Shown piece after piece: positions 51,892-64,000 of a stretch of DNA of 64,000 nt (positions are counted from its first letter, which is position 1; the number at the start of each line of letters is the position of its first letter). A program made the translations under genes and the position numbers. The stretch comes from Felis catus (taxonomy: Eukaryota). Below the pieces are notes generated by a model, which was given only the letters and a program-made list of their open reading frames with translations, searched no databases and was not told the origin of the DNA. The DNA lies in NCBI RefSeq assembly GCF_018350175.1, contig NC_058368.1:170006001-170070000 (forward strand), read 5' to 3'.

Positions 51892-54800
51892 TCACAGAGA
51901 GAAAGTGTCATTTACATATGAATTTCCATGAAAAAATACATCACTTTAGCTTCTTAAGATGCAGATTCTATTATCCAATTATCTTCTCAGTTTTTCTCAC
52001 AGATATTCTTAAGGAACTTAAACCCTACCATAACTGGAAAAATATATAAGCCATCTATTAGTAAGTATACAATTCTGCTCCCCTCCCCTCCCCCCAAAAA
52101 AAGAGAAAAAAGAGAAAATAAGGTTTACATTTTTATATTACAAAGGAATTTCAGTTTTTCATCAATATGGATATTTACATGATAGCATGGAATCAGAAAA
52201 TAAAAAATCAAGCCAAAGCAAAACAAGAAGAAAAGCCAAATTAATGTGAAAGGTAAAAATTATAATACTATTACATATGAAGTAGAAAATAAAATTGATG
52301 GGCAGACAAATGCTGATTCTGCAGCAAATACAAAGACTTCTAAAGGATTCACCTCAATTGAGCATGTTAATCATGACAATAATAACAGCATCATCTGGAG
52401 GCAAAATTCTAGGAATCAGTAGTTAGAAGTAAGGACCTCAAATCAACCAGACATCATCATGAGGACCCTTTTCCCCTTCTACTATCTTTAATGAAGGAAA
52501 GAGTGAAAGAGGTGGTAATCTCTCCGGGTAAAAAGTTCAGGGCACAAAGACCCTTAGCATGAAATGTTGGAAGTTCCTAGACACTTCCTACCCTTGCTCA
52601 TTTTGTCACCCTCAGTCTGTCCATACTCACAAACAATCAGACAATGCTTAAGCACCTATCAATTAACTTATAAATTACTATATACTAGTGCTGTGAATTA
52701 TAACTATTATTTGAGATATATAGATATTAATAAGCAGGACTAAACCACAGAGTTAAAAAAAAAAACTCAGCTTTCCAAAGGCAGTACATTTTTTTAAATG
52801 TCAATACACTCAGAGTAAATATTAAATGAAAAAGCATAATAAAATACTCATTTTTCTTACCCCAAGTTAAATTTTAAGACATAGGAAATACACATGTTAC
52901 TTTGAAAACTATGATACCCATCTGTGACATATAATTTTTGTCATATAACAAACTAAATAATAATATTGTTTGACAAAACTACCAAATTTATGTTATAGCA
53001 TAAAAGTGGTAGTTGATGTAATAATGACAGTATCCATAAACAAAGGCAACTAATCTACCTTATATGAGAGATTTCAATGTACTTCCTGACCTTGATCTTT
53101 ACATTGTGAAAAATCAACAGAGGATTAATTCTTAAGAACTCTCAGCAAAATAGAACCCTTTGGTTTCCCAAACAGCATGTATAGAAGTGGTAATGGGGTA
53201 TCATATTGCTAATGTCCAGGAGGCAGCTCTACCTCTTTCTTAGCTCACTCTCTTGTTAGAACTTGGCATGGCTGGAATTCACCACAACATTATGATCTTT
53301 CTTCTTGGTATTCCCAGGAAAAAAAGTAAACTTTTCTTCCCCATTCTGTCTCTCTGGACCATGATAAATTCAATTTGGATAAACCATTGTCTTGTCTTTA
53401 CTTTATCTGATACTGTTATCGATTGTGGCAGCAAGAAGGAGGATGCAGATATGGTTGAAGTTGATGGGAAATGGAAGCACTATTTACTGCTTTATTTAAC
53501 CCACTCAGTCAGGATTTTAATCACCATAGTATAGAATACCAGCAGTGTACATGGCACCTTAATATATGCTGAATAATTAGAGGTATCTGCCTTATTATTT
53601 GCTTAATATGGCCACTTCATAGTATTCAACTGACTTAATGGGACAACTAAACTTGTAGGGTTTTTTTTCTTGTCAATACCACAGATTCCACCTTTCCACC
53701 CTGTTAAGGTTAGGAATTATAAACCAAGAAATTAAGCAACTATGAAAACCAGAGAAGAAAAGTGGATTTGAAGTCTGGAAATCTGGTTTTGTGTGTAGAC
53801 TAAAAAAACGTTAGTCATTTACTATCTTCAAAACCTTAGGCAAATAACTGCATTGTAAACTACCATTCTTCTTTTTTATAAATGTTTTACAGGCTTGTTG
53901 TGAAGATCACATTAACTAATGTAAAAGCAAATATAAGCATAGAGCACTACTGCTATAGCTATCTAAAAGGAAATTATATATACATGAATATTTTTTGAAA
54001 TGTGCTACCAGGAGAAACTTCCATAACCTTCTCCAATCAATACTGCAGACTATTGGATTAGGCTAGCCACCTATCAAACAATTTGGGTTCTATTAACTGT
54101 CAAACATATTTTGAGAAAGAATTCCTTTACACTTCCGCGAATACACTATAAACAGATCCGTGGCAGCAATTACTTCGATAATGCTTACATCCTTGGAAAG
54201 GGAAAAAGATGAAGGTTTTTAGGCGCTACTACCTGCCTCCTCTCTACCATTCAAAAGGATGTCCTCTGTCTCTTGAACTAGCCCTAGGCAGATGTGTTTA
54301 ATTACAAAATTATTCAAGTCTTATCAATCTTTCAAGGCTAAAAAACTGTCACTGAAAATTCAGTCAAAAGGTTTTTGTTCTGTTATTAAAACTACACTAC
54401 ATATATGTGTACATACACATTGGCTATTTGCTATCTCTTATCATCTATCCTAGATCATTTAGTTGAAGTGAATAGTGAAATACAGATGCTGCAATTTATA
54501 AACCGTTACAAAATTTGTATAATGTTCTGTATATATAATATATTGGTTTCACAGAAACTTCATTAGTGAATAAAAGGATGATACAATTAATTAAACATAT
54601 TCTATATGCTATTGAGTCCATACTGTATTCAAAGAAAAAGAGAAAATAAGTATTTTCTCTTCTACTCCAACTCTACTCTTAAAAAGTTACAAAATTATTT
54701 CATAAATCATGAACTAAATATAGCTGAGTGGATTAAGGTGTCTTAAGTGAATGGCCTTGAATTGCCACTGTTTAACTCATACCAAGAACAAAGTGATTAA

Positions 54801-55162
54801 AGTCTAATATTTCAGGGGTAAAGAATGATCACCAAAAATTGAGCCAAAAGATTTTTGTTCCATTACTAAAACCACGTTATAAAAGAAATCAGTGTTCAGT
54901 GTTCAATACCAGATCCTTGTCACAAGAAATCAGTACTAAATTCAGGAAGCATGATAAGGCTAGTATTTTACAAATGACAGAAAGCCAAATTTTCTGTAAC
55001 CCAATAAAGGCACTGAAGTATATATACAGCACAGTAAGATATAATTAAGTTTGGCAATGCCTAATCATGGCTTCATTTCTAAGTTTGATGTGTTAATGTT
55101 TTAGTCTCAGAACTGCACTTTCTAATTCAAAGTGCATTTAAAGAAGAAAGGTTTTGCTGCTA

Positions 55163-55279
<117 letters not shown>

Positions 55280-55526
55280 TCAAAAGAGCACAAGAACAAT
55301 ATTAGGTATAGATAGTTCTCCTTTCAGGAATATATGGATTTTCAAGTCATAATTCATTACACAGCATTTTGACTCTACATTGTTAACATCAAGTACTTAT
55401 TCTTTGCAGACTACTATCTATAGCTTTTAGTTTCTATAAATAATGTTGGGTTACCTAAACTGACATTTTAGAAGGTAGGGAATGATATATAGTATCAGAA
55501 CTAGAAAATAATAAAAAGGTAATCTT

Positions 55527-55670
55527 TGGGATGCTTAGGTACTCATTCATACTTTTGGCTTTGGCTAAGGTCACAATTTCATAGTTCATGAGTTCAAACC
55601 CCACACAGTGTGGAGCCTGCTTGGGATTCTCTCTTTCCCTCTCTCTCTGCCCCTTCCCAGCTCATGCTTG

Positions 55671-55731
<61 letters not shown>

Positions 55732-55760
55732 CACCCCCAAAATAAATTTTTAAAAAAAGT
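55527..55760 (+). mobile_element. Degraded Can-SINE with long (CT)n tract
   Basis: 'gttcatgagttcaaaccccacacag...tggagcctgcttgggattctctct', then (CT)n at 55672-55728. Flanks 'aaaaaggtaatctt' and 'aaaaaagttatctt'. Confidence 0.8.
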
Positions 55761-56399
55761 TATCTTCTCCTAGGAGGTATAGTCAGTAGCACAGGAGATG
55801 ATAGGAAATGAAGGGTTTAAGGAAGCATGAAATAAATTTTGTCCAATGGGGAGATTAAAGTTCCCATAGCTATACATAACCCCATGACCCTGGAAGGTCT
55901 GGTGAAAGTTTAAGCCTAAGAATTTGATCTAAGATATACTAAAAAAAAAAAAAAAAAAGCAAAAAATGCTGTGATTTCAGTACTTCTCCAAGGTCTTTGT
56001 AGTACTAAGGGTGAAACTATGGCAAACAGTTTACAAACAGTTCAATAGAAGTGTTGGCAGTGTAAACCTAGGCTCTAAACTAGTGGAGACTTAGTGTTAA
56101 ATTGTCCACATAATAGTTGCATTATGTTACAATTATTATGAAGAAATGGTTGTGAATCCAGAAATACGTAAAGCAACAAAATGGTTGTAGAGAATATGGT
56201 TTTAGAGGATAGAAAGTGGGTTTAAGGAAAAGCTCTTAGGCAAGAAGCTAAGGAGAGACATAGCCCATGAAAATTTTCCATATTCAGAAAAGTCTGATCA
56301 CTTTTTAAGACAGCAATGTCTAGTGTAATTTTTGCAATTTTCTGTCTATCCAGCAAATTTTAGTGAGCTTTGTACATTTGACATCCTATGTTTCCCTCA

Positions 56400-57155
56400 T
56401 ATCACTAGGTCCTCTTGCTTTATGCGGCACTAAATGCTTCTGAAATCTTTCCATTTATCTACATTTCCACCATCATTTCCTTGGTCTGAACCATCGTCTT
56501 TCACCTGGACCAACACTTCCTTTTTCAAATCCCTACATCCACCACGCCTCACCCTTTTTAGTCTCATCTGTATACAGTAGCCAGAACTTTTTTCAAAATA
56601 CAAAGGGAATCATGTCAATTCCCTACTTCAAACTGTTTAAGAACTCCCACTTAACTTTAGGATTTAGATCACATTTATTGTCAAGAAAGCCTGAAGTAGA
56701 CTTTGCACTTGGCAAAGTGGCTTTGCATGTTTTTTCCAGACTCACTTCTCTTCTTGGCCTGCATCTGTACATTTCTAGCACATGGACTTTTTTGTAGTTG
56801 CTGCAGTGTATCCTGCCCCACCCTACTATGGTTTCCATGTGCTGTCACCCTTTCTCCAGTGCCTTTCTCCCCTGCTGCTCTCTGCCACAGGGCTGGCTAA
56901 CGTACACTTACCCTTCCACTCTCTGTGCAAGCCCACTACCATAGCCCTCAGTCCATCAGGGGCCTTTCCTTCATCATACTTACCTCCATTGTAATTTTAC
57001 ATTCGTGTGCCTGACTGAGTTTTGTTTTCCTGAGTATGGGCAACATGAATGTGAGGACTTCATTTGTTTATTATTGGTCTCCCCAGTGCCCACCACAGTG
57101 CCACCAGACACTCAATGAATGCTAGTATGTTTGGTGAATTCTTGAATGAATAAAT
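56400..57155 (+). mobile_element. L2 fragments
   Basis: 'ccaccatcatttccttggtctgaaccatcgtctttcacctggac...tccccagtgcccaccacagtgcc...cactcaatgaatgctag...tgaatgaataaat'. Confidence 0.6.
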
Positions 57156-57628
57156 TAAAGCTGGGATAATGCTTTAATCCCCTTTACAGTCCAAGCCATC
57201 AATAAGCGTCTCCCAGATAGCACTCTTACGTCAGTGGAACAGTACCCAGGACAGCAAGAGGATTGCAATCCCAAGAGACAAGCCACAGAATGAAACTGAT
57301 AGCAGGAGTTCAAAGGAAAACAACTCAAGTGGTAGGTGAGCAGAGAACATATATGGACTCCTCCCCCAACTTGCAAGACTCAGAAGTATTATGGGGCAGA
57401 AGAGCAATGGGCTTCCCACCACATGTCCAATAGGGGCTTGAGCCATTCTACTAAAATATTAAAGGAAAATATGATCCTAGAATGCTGAGGAATTTGGGGA
57501 CATATAGGGGCAGATCCTTGGGTTAACTGTATTCGTTCAGTAAAATTTGGGCATTTCTGATATTCAGAGAATTGTGCTAAATGCTGTGAAAAGATAAATA
57601 AGACAGAACTTTTAAATTATTTAAAGGT

Positions 57629-57796
57629 TGGGGTGCCTGGGTGGCTCAGTCAGTTAAGTGTCTGACTTCAACTCAGGTCATGATCTCGTGGTTCATGAGT
57701 TCAAGCCCTGCATCGGGCTCTGTGCTGAAAGCTCAGAGCCTGGAGCCTGCTTCAGATTCTGTGTCTCCCTCTCTCTCTGCCCCTCCCCTGCTCACA

Positions 57797-57833
<37 letters not shown>

Positions 57834-58448
57834 TTAAACATAAAAAAATTATTTAAAGGTTAAAAGTATTCAAGCAAGTTTCCTCAATTACTTCTTGAAT
57901 CATAAAAGTTGAAAGAGGGGCGCCTGGGTGGCGCAGTCGGTTAAGCGTCCGACTTCAGCTCAGGTCATGATCTCACAGTTCGTGAGTTCAAGCCCCACGT
58001 CGGGCTCTGTGCTGACAGCTCAGAGCCTGGAGCCTGTTTCCGATTCTGTGTCTCCCTCTCTCTCTGACCCTCCGCTGCTCATGCTCTGTCTCTCTCTGTC
58101 TCAAAAATAAATAAAACATTAAAAAAAAATTGTTATAAAATTAAACATAAAAAAATTATTTAAAGGTTAAAAGTATTCAAGCAAGTTTCCTCAATTACTT
58201 CTTGAATCATAAAAGTTGAAAGAGGGGCGCCTGGGTGGCGCAGTTGGTTAAGCGTCCGACTTCAGCCAGGTCACGATCTCGCGGTCTGTGAGTTCGAGCC
58301 CCGCGTCAGGCTCTGGGCTGATGGCTCAGAGCCTGGAGCCTGCTTCCGATTCTGTGTCTCCTTCTCTCTCTGCCCCTCCCCCATTCATGCTCTGTCTCTC
58401 TCTGTCTCAAAAAATAAATAAATGTTAAAAAAAAAATTAAAAAAAAAG
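57629..58448 (+). mobile_element. Cluster of three tandem Can-SINEs: A 57629-57845, B 57917-58135, C 58224-58443
   Basis: A has TSD 'aaattatttaaaggtt'. C has TSD 'aaaagttgaaaga'. B is flanked by an exact 88-bp duplication (57829-57916 = 58136-58223). Confidence 0.95.
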
Positions 58449-59063
58449 TTGAAAGAAATGCATCACAATATAAATAATATTAGAAAACCTTTAAAATAGG
58501 AAGATTAAATGGATATGCTTGGGCATCTGTGATTTTTAGTTATCTCAGCTGAATAGTTTATACTAAAAAAGAAAAATGAGTAGATAACTATAATAGGAGA
58601 CAACATGAGACATAAGAAAGATAAACATTCAATTATATAAACTGAAAAATACAGTAAAATGGTTAAGCACAGGGCTCTGCAGTCAGATCTCAAAGCAAAT
58701 TTTCATTCTGCTACTTAGTACTATTTAATCCTTATGTTCCTCAGTGTCTTCATTTTTAATATAAAAAGATAATGGTACCTACCTTGTTATATCTTTATGA
58801 GGATTAAGAAGGATAAGACATAAAGCATGTTTGATGGAGCAAATACTAAACAAGTTCCAGCTTTTTTATCCTTATCATCAGCATTATCAAAAGAATTCAG
58901 AGGAGGAAGCCATGGCTTTTGGCTGGTACCAAAAAGAGGAAAAAAAGAAAAGAAAAAAAGGGATGCAGGAACAAAACATTTAAGGTACGTCATGAATGAG
59001 ATGTACAATTTTGACTTTTTGGAGTTAAATGGGAATTGGAGAGAAACCTTTCCATAAATTTCT

Positions 59064-59904
59064 TGTATGACAATCCTAGGTCTGCCATAACAAATTACCA
59101 CAAATTGATCGGCTTAACAAAACAGAAATCCATTCTCTCCCAGTCCTTGAGTCCAAAAGATCTTAATCGTGTTGGCAAGGTGGGTTCCTCTGGAGGCTCT
59201 GGGGAAAACATATTGCATGCCACTCTTAGCCTCCAATGGCTGTGAGAAATCCTTAGCATTCCTTGGTTTATAGACACAACACTCCCATTTTCTCCATCTT
59301 CATGTGACCTCTGTGTTTCTGAATGTCTTCTATTTTCCATCTCTCATTCATAAGAACGCAAGGACATTGTCACCGGATATAAGGCCCACATGACCAAGAC
59401 AGCCTTAACTTTCCCCTCAGCTTGACTAAAGCTTAGACAAGGCTTCTTACTGACCCTGGGTCCCTGACCATCCCTTTAAAATACAATCAATCAAGAAAGA
59501 TAGTGCCCCTGTCCTCCAGTATCTGTGGTAGGGTAGGAACTTAACCTAGAAATTGACAATTAGCAAGCACAGATGACCTCATCATATTGCCCCCCCACCC
59601 CCCCACCCCCGCTCCTCTAACATCCTCCAGTACTTTTCCACTACCTCACTTCAGCACTAAAAATCCTCCTGTCTTTTGTTTCAAGGGAGTCTAATTCAAT
59701 CTCTCTTCTATACTGCAAGACTTGAATAAAGCCTTGTTTGTTTAACTTCCAGTGCAATTTTTGACACATCCTAATTCAAGATGACCTCATCTTTATCTTT
59801 AGTAAGGGATCTTTATCTTAGTTACCCAAATAAAGTCACATTGACAAGTATGGAGTCTTAAAACTTGGACATATCTTTTGGAGGACACAATTCGACCCAC
59901 TACA
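59064..59904 (-). mobile_element. MaLR LTR (MLT1C-like), interrupted by an ERV1 LTR
   Basis: 'ctgccataacaaattaccacaaattgatcggcttaacaaaacagaaatccattctctcccagt...ccaaataaagtcacatt...ggacatatcttttggaggacacaattcgacccactaca'. Confidence 0.8.
59391..59766 (+). mobile_element. ERV1 solo LTR (MER67/MER4-group-like)
   Basis: TG...CA termini, 'cagcttgactaaagcttagacaaggcttcttactgaccctgggtccctgacc', AATAAA at 59725-59730. The MLT1 sequence resumes on both sides. Confidence 0.65.
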
Positions 59905-61009
59905 AGTAACAAAGCAGAAGTACAGACAGGGATGAAGGAAACAAAGGACTCATATGAGAAGTACTTGGACTCAGAAGGATGGAACCTAGAATACACTTAA
60001 GGGAACAGTAGGTGACTCATTTGTTCACTCATTCATTTATATGTTCCACATTTATTGTGAGAGGCAAGTTATTGTAAGGACTGGAAGAAAAAACATTTTT
60101 TTTTTAAACTTGCATACCATGCTCTAGAAATTCAAAGTTCAGATGGGTTGCAGACATGTAAACAGAAATCTACAGTACACTGAAAAAAAAAAAACTTCTA
60201 TAAAATAGTAAAGTAGGGTTTTGTGGAGTACACAGGTAGGAGGTAAGAGTGAATGAATTATGCATGGTTGTCCCACTAGGATGTTTATGGACTGAGTAAA
60301 AGACACATTTAGGACATGTTCAGTTTTTTTAATATGTCAAAGATGGGAAATGTTCAGCGATATTTGCCAAAATAGACAAAAACAAAAAATAAGGGATAAC
60401 ACAGTTTTTTAAACAGAATTGTGGTTTTTCAGGTTCCCGAGATTTTCTGATATACAAGTATGGAGTGAACATCCCATCATACAGGAGGTATTCCCCAGAA
60501 ACATGTGGCATGCCCATGTCTCAGGCTTCTGTAATCCTGCATTTCACACTCTGACCTATGATTCAGGGTGGAAGCATCAACTTAGCAGGTAAAAGGTTGC
60601 TTTTATCTCAAGCAGACTAAAATAACCTTTGGAATTACCCAATGAGGGAAAGAAACTGTATTTTTAAACAACCCACAGAACTACCTCCTTGTTTAGCAAT
60701 TCAATGACTTACCCTTTATCACACACTGATTGATTGATTGGTTGATTGGAGAGAAACTGGGCACCCAGACTCATTGGCTGGCATTTTTTCTTGTATGCTT
60801 TATTTTCCTTTTTGATGTTCATCATAGATTTATGATCCTCAAAAACATTGTGGATGTATCACTTTTCACTGATTCCAAACTTTTTCCAATCAATTGTATA
60901 CTTCTTTTTCCCTTTTGGGAAGCTTAAATTTTCATTATTTGGCTACTAGAATACTCTCCTTAACCAACTTATTTCTTCAAAGACTTCCTCAGTTCTACTG
61001 CAGTTTCTT

Positions 61010-64000
61010 CTTTTTATTTCAGCTTTATTGAGATATAATTGATATATAACACTGTGTCAATTTAAGATATACAACATGATGATTTAATACAGGTATATAT
61101 TACAAAATGACTACCACAAAATTAGGTAGCACCTCTGTCATTTCACATAACTAGCACTCTGGTATGTGATGAGAACATTTAAGATCTACTCTCTTAGCAC
61201 TATTCAAGTCTATAACACAGTATTGCTAACTACGTTAACAATGTTGCCATGCTATATATTAGATCTTCAGAACTTAGTCCTCTTATAACTACAAGTTTGT
61301 ACCCTTGGATAAAGGTCTCCCCATTTCCCCCTTCCTCCAACCCCTGGCAAATACCAGTCTACTCTGTTTCTATGAGTTCTGCTTTTTTAGAGTCCACATG
61401 TAAGTGAGATGATACAGTATTTGCTTTTTTCTGTTGGGCTTATTTCATATTTCACTTACATAATGCCCTCAAGGTCAGTCCATGCCATCACAAAGGGCAG
61501 AATTTTCTTCTCCTTGTATGGCTAGATAATATTCCATCATGCATATATATCACATTCCTTTATCTATTTATCTGTCAGTGCATACTTAGGTTGTTTCCAT
61601 GTCTTGGCTGTTGTAAACAATGCTGCAATGAATATGGGGGCACAGATATCTTTTTGAGATAGTGATTTTGTTTCCTTTGGATATATACCCAGAAGTGGAA
61701 TTGCTGGATCACACTGCAGTTCTATTTTAAATTTTGAGGACCTCCATACTATTTTCCGTAACAGCTGTACCCATTGTACATTCCCATCAAGAGTGTGCAA
61801 GGATTCCCTTTTCTCCACATTCTTGTCAACACTTGTTATCTTTTATCTTTTTGATAACATCCTAACAAGTATAAGGTAATATCCCATTGTGGTTTTGATT
61901 TGATTAGTGATAATAAGCACCTTTTTTTTTTTTTTTTTTTTTTTTGTACTTGTTGGCCATTTGTCTTCTTTGGAAAAATGTCTGTTCAGGTCTTTTGCCC
62001 ACTTTATTAGTGGATTTTTTGGGGTGTTTTGCTACTGAGTTGTAGAAGTTCCTTATTTATTTTATATATTAAATTCTTTTCTACATAGATGTTCTGGAGA
62101 TATTTCCTCCCATTCTATAGGTTACCATTTCATGGTTTGATTTTTTCTTTTTCTGGGCAGAAGCTTTTTAATTTGATATAGTTCCACTTGCTTATTTTCA
62201 CTTTTGTTCCCTTTGCTTTTCAGGTCAGATCCAAAAAATTGTTGCCAAGACCAATGTCGAGGTTATTTTTTCTTATGTTCTCTTCTAGGAGTTTAACAGT
62301 TCCAGTTCTTATATTTAAGTCTTTAATCCGTTTCAAATTAATTCTGTGAGTGGTATAGGAGGGGGATATGAATAGATTCTTTTGTATATGAATACCCAAG
62401 TTTCCCACCACTCGTTACCGAAGAAACTGTTTCCCATTGAATTTTCTTGGCTGCCTTATCAAGTAATAGTTCACTGTATATGCACGGGTTTGTTTCCGGG
62501 CTTTTCATTCTGTTCCATTGGTCTATGTTTCTGATTTTATGCCAGCACCATACCGTTTTTGATAACTATAACTTTGTACTATAGTTTGAAATTGAGAAGT
62601 GTAATGCCTCTAACTTTTCTCTCAGGATTGCTTTGCCTAATGGAAGTCCTTTGTAATTTCATACAAATTTTAGGATTTGTTTTTCTTCTACTTCTGTGAA
62701 AAACTCCATTGACATTTTGATAGGGATTACACTGAATCTATATATTGCTTTGGATAGTATGCACATTTTAACAGTGTTAAAATCTTCCAATATATAAGCG
62801 TGGAGTATCTTCCTATTGACTTGTATTTTCTTCAGTTTTTTTCATCAATGCCTTAAAGTTGTCAGTGTACAGAACTTTCACCTCTTTGATTAAATTTATT
62901 CCTAAGTATTTTATTGTTTTTGATGCTTTGTAAAAGAGGTTATTTTTAGATAGTTCATTGTCAGTGTACAGAAAAGCAACTGATTTAGTATGTTGATTTT
63001 GTATCCTGCAACTTTACTGAATTCATTTATTAGTCTAATAGTTTTTCATGGATCCTTTTTGTTTTCCTGCATATAAAATTATGTCATCTGCAAAACAGAG
63101 ACCGTTTAAGTACTTCCTTTCTGACTTGGGATGTCTTTAATTTCTTTTTCTTGCTTCACAGCTCTGTCTAGGACTTCTAGTAGTATGCGTTCACCATTGA
63201 GTACAATGTTAGCTGTGTGCTTGTTATTTATAGGCTTTATTATGTTGTGAGGTATGTTCCTCCTATACCCAATTGATTGAGGATTTTTATCATGAAGTAA
63301 AAATGGGAAATTTGTCAAATGCTTTTCTGCATCTATTGAGATGATCATATGATTTTTATCTTTTATTCTATTAATGTGTTATATCACACTTATTGATTTA
63401 CACATGTTGAAACATTCCTGCATCCAGGGATAAATCTTGCTTGATCATGATGTATGGTCTTTTTAATGTGCTGTTGAATTTGGTTTGCTGGTCTGTTGTT
63501 GAGAATTTTTGCATCTATATTCATTAGGATAAATGACCTGTACTTTTCTTTTCTTGTAGTATCCTTATCAGACTTTGTTATCACGGTACTGCTGGCATCA
63601 TAAAGTGAGTTTGAGAGTGTTCTCTCATCTTTAGTTTTTTTTATAAGAGTTTTAAAAGGACTAATGTTAATTCTTCTTTAAATGTTTGGTAGAATTAACC
63701 AAACCAGTGAAATCATTTGGTCTGGGATTTTCTTTGTTGAGAGGTTTTTTGTTTTGTTTTGTTTTTTGACTGCTGATTTAATCAACTTGCTATTGTCTGT
63801 TCAGATTTTCTATCTCTTCATGATTAATTCTTGGTAGGTTTTATGGTTCTAGGAATTTATCCATTTTTTCTAGTTTATCCAATTTGCTGGAATATCATTG
63901 TTCGTAGTAGTCTTTTATAATCCTTTATATTTTTGTGGTATCTGTTGCAATGCCATAACTTTTTATTATTTATTTGAGTCTCCTCTCTTTGGGGGGTGGG
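61010..64000 (-). mobile_element. Older L1 (L1MA8/9-like) 3' end and ORF2, running off the window; in a TMEM232 intron, sense to the gene
   Basis: 'cagctttattgagatataattgatatataacactgtg' 3' terminus. ORF2 peptides such as NIDAKILN...QQHIKKTIHHDQ at 63584-63390. Confidence 0.92.

Overview
Mammalian, almost certainly felid (cat-family), genomic DNA, judged from its feline Can-SINEs (SINEC_Fc-type) and L1_Fc-type LINE-1s. Most of the window is interspersed repeat: three large minus-strand L1s spanning 5'UTR to 3' tail, two more large L1 remnants, about 17 Can-SINEs, MaLR/ERVL/ERV1 LTRs, MIR, L2 and DNA-transposon fossils. The only protein-coding gene I can support is the 3' end of TMEM232 on the minus strand. 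It has a 94-nt penultimate exon (55277-55184), a terminal coding exon (51888-51697) and a candidate AATAAA at 51275-51270. The ORF track lists neither exon. The most unusual structure is at 19.7-22.7 kb: an inverted repeat with ~1 kb arms, apparently derived from an old tandem duplication. Arm identity rises from ~80% outside to ~99% next to an 820-bp spacer, suggesting ongoing arm-to-arm gene conversion over an enhancer/promoter-like core. Other oddities are a two-part locally templated insertion in an L1 microsatellite (12249-12530), a SINE flanked by an exact 88-bp duplication (57829-58223), a collapsed inverted SINE pair, and ORF0-like antisense features in a cat L1 5'UTR. Repeat family names, gene identity and percent identities come from recall and by-eye alignment, not database searches.
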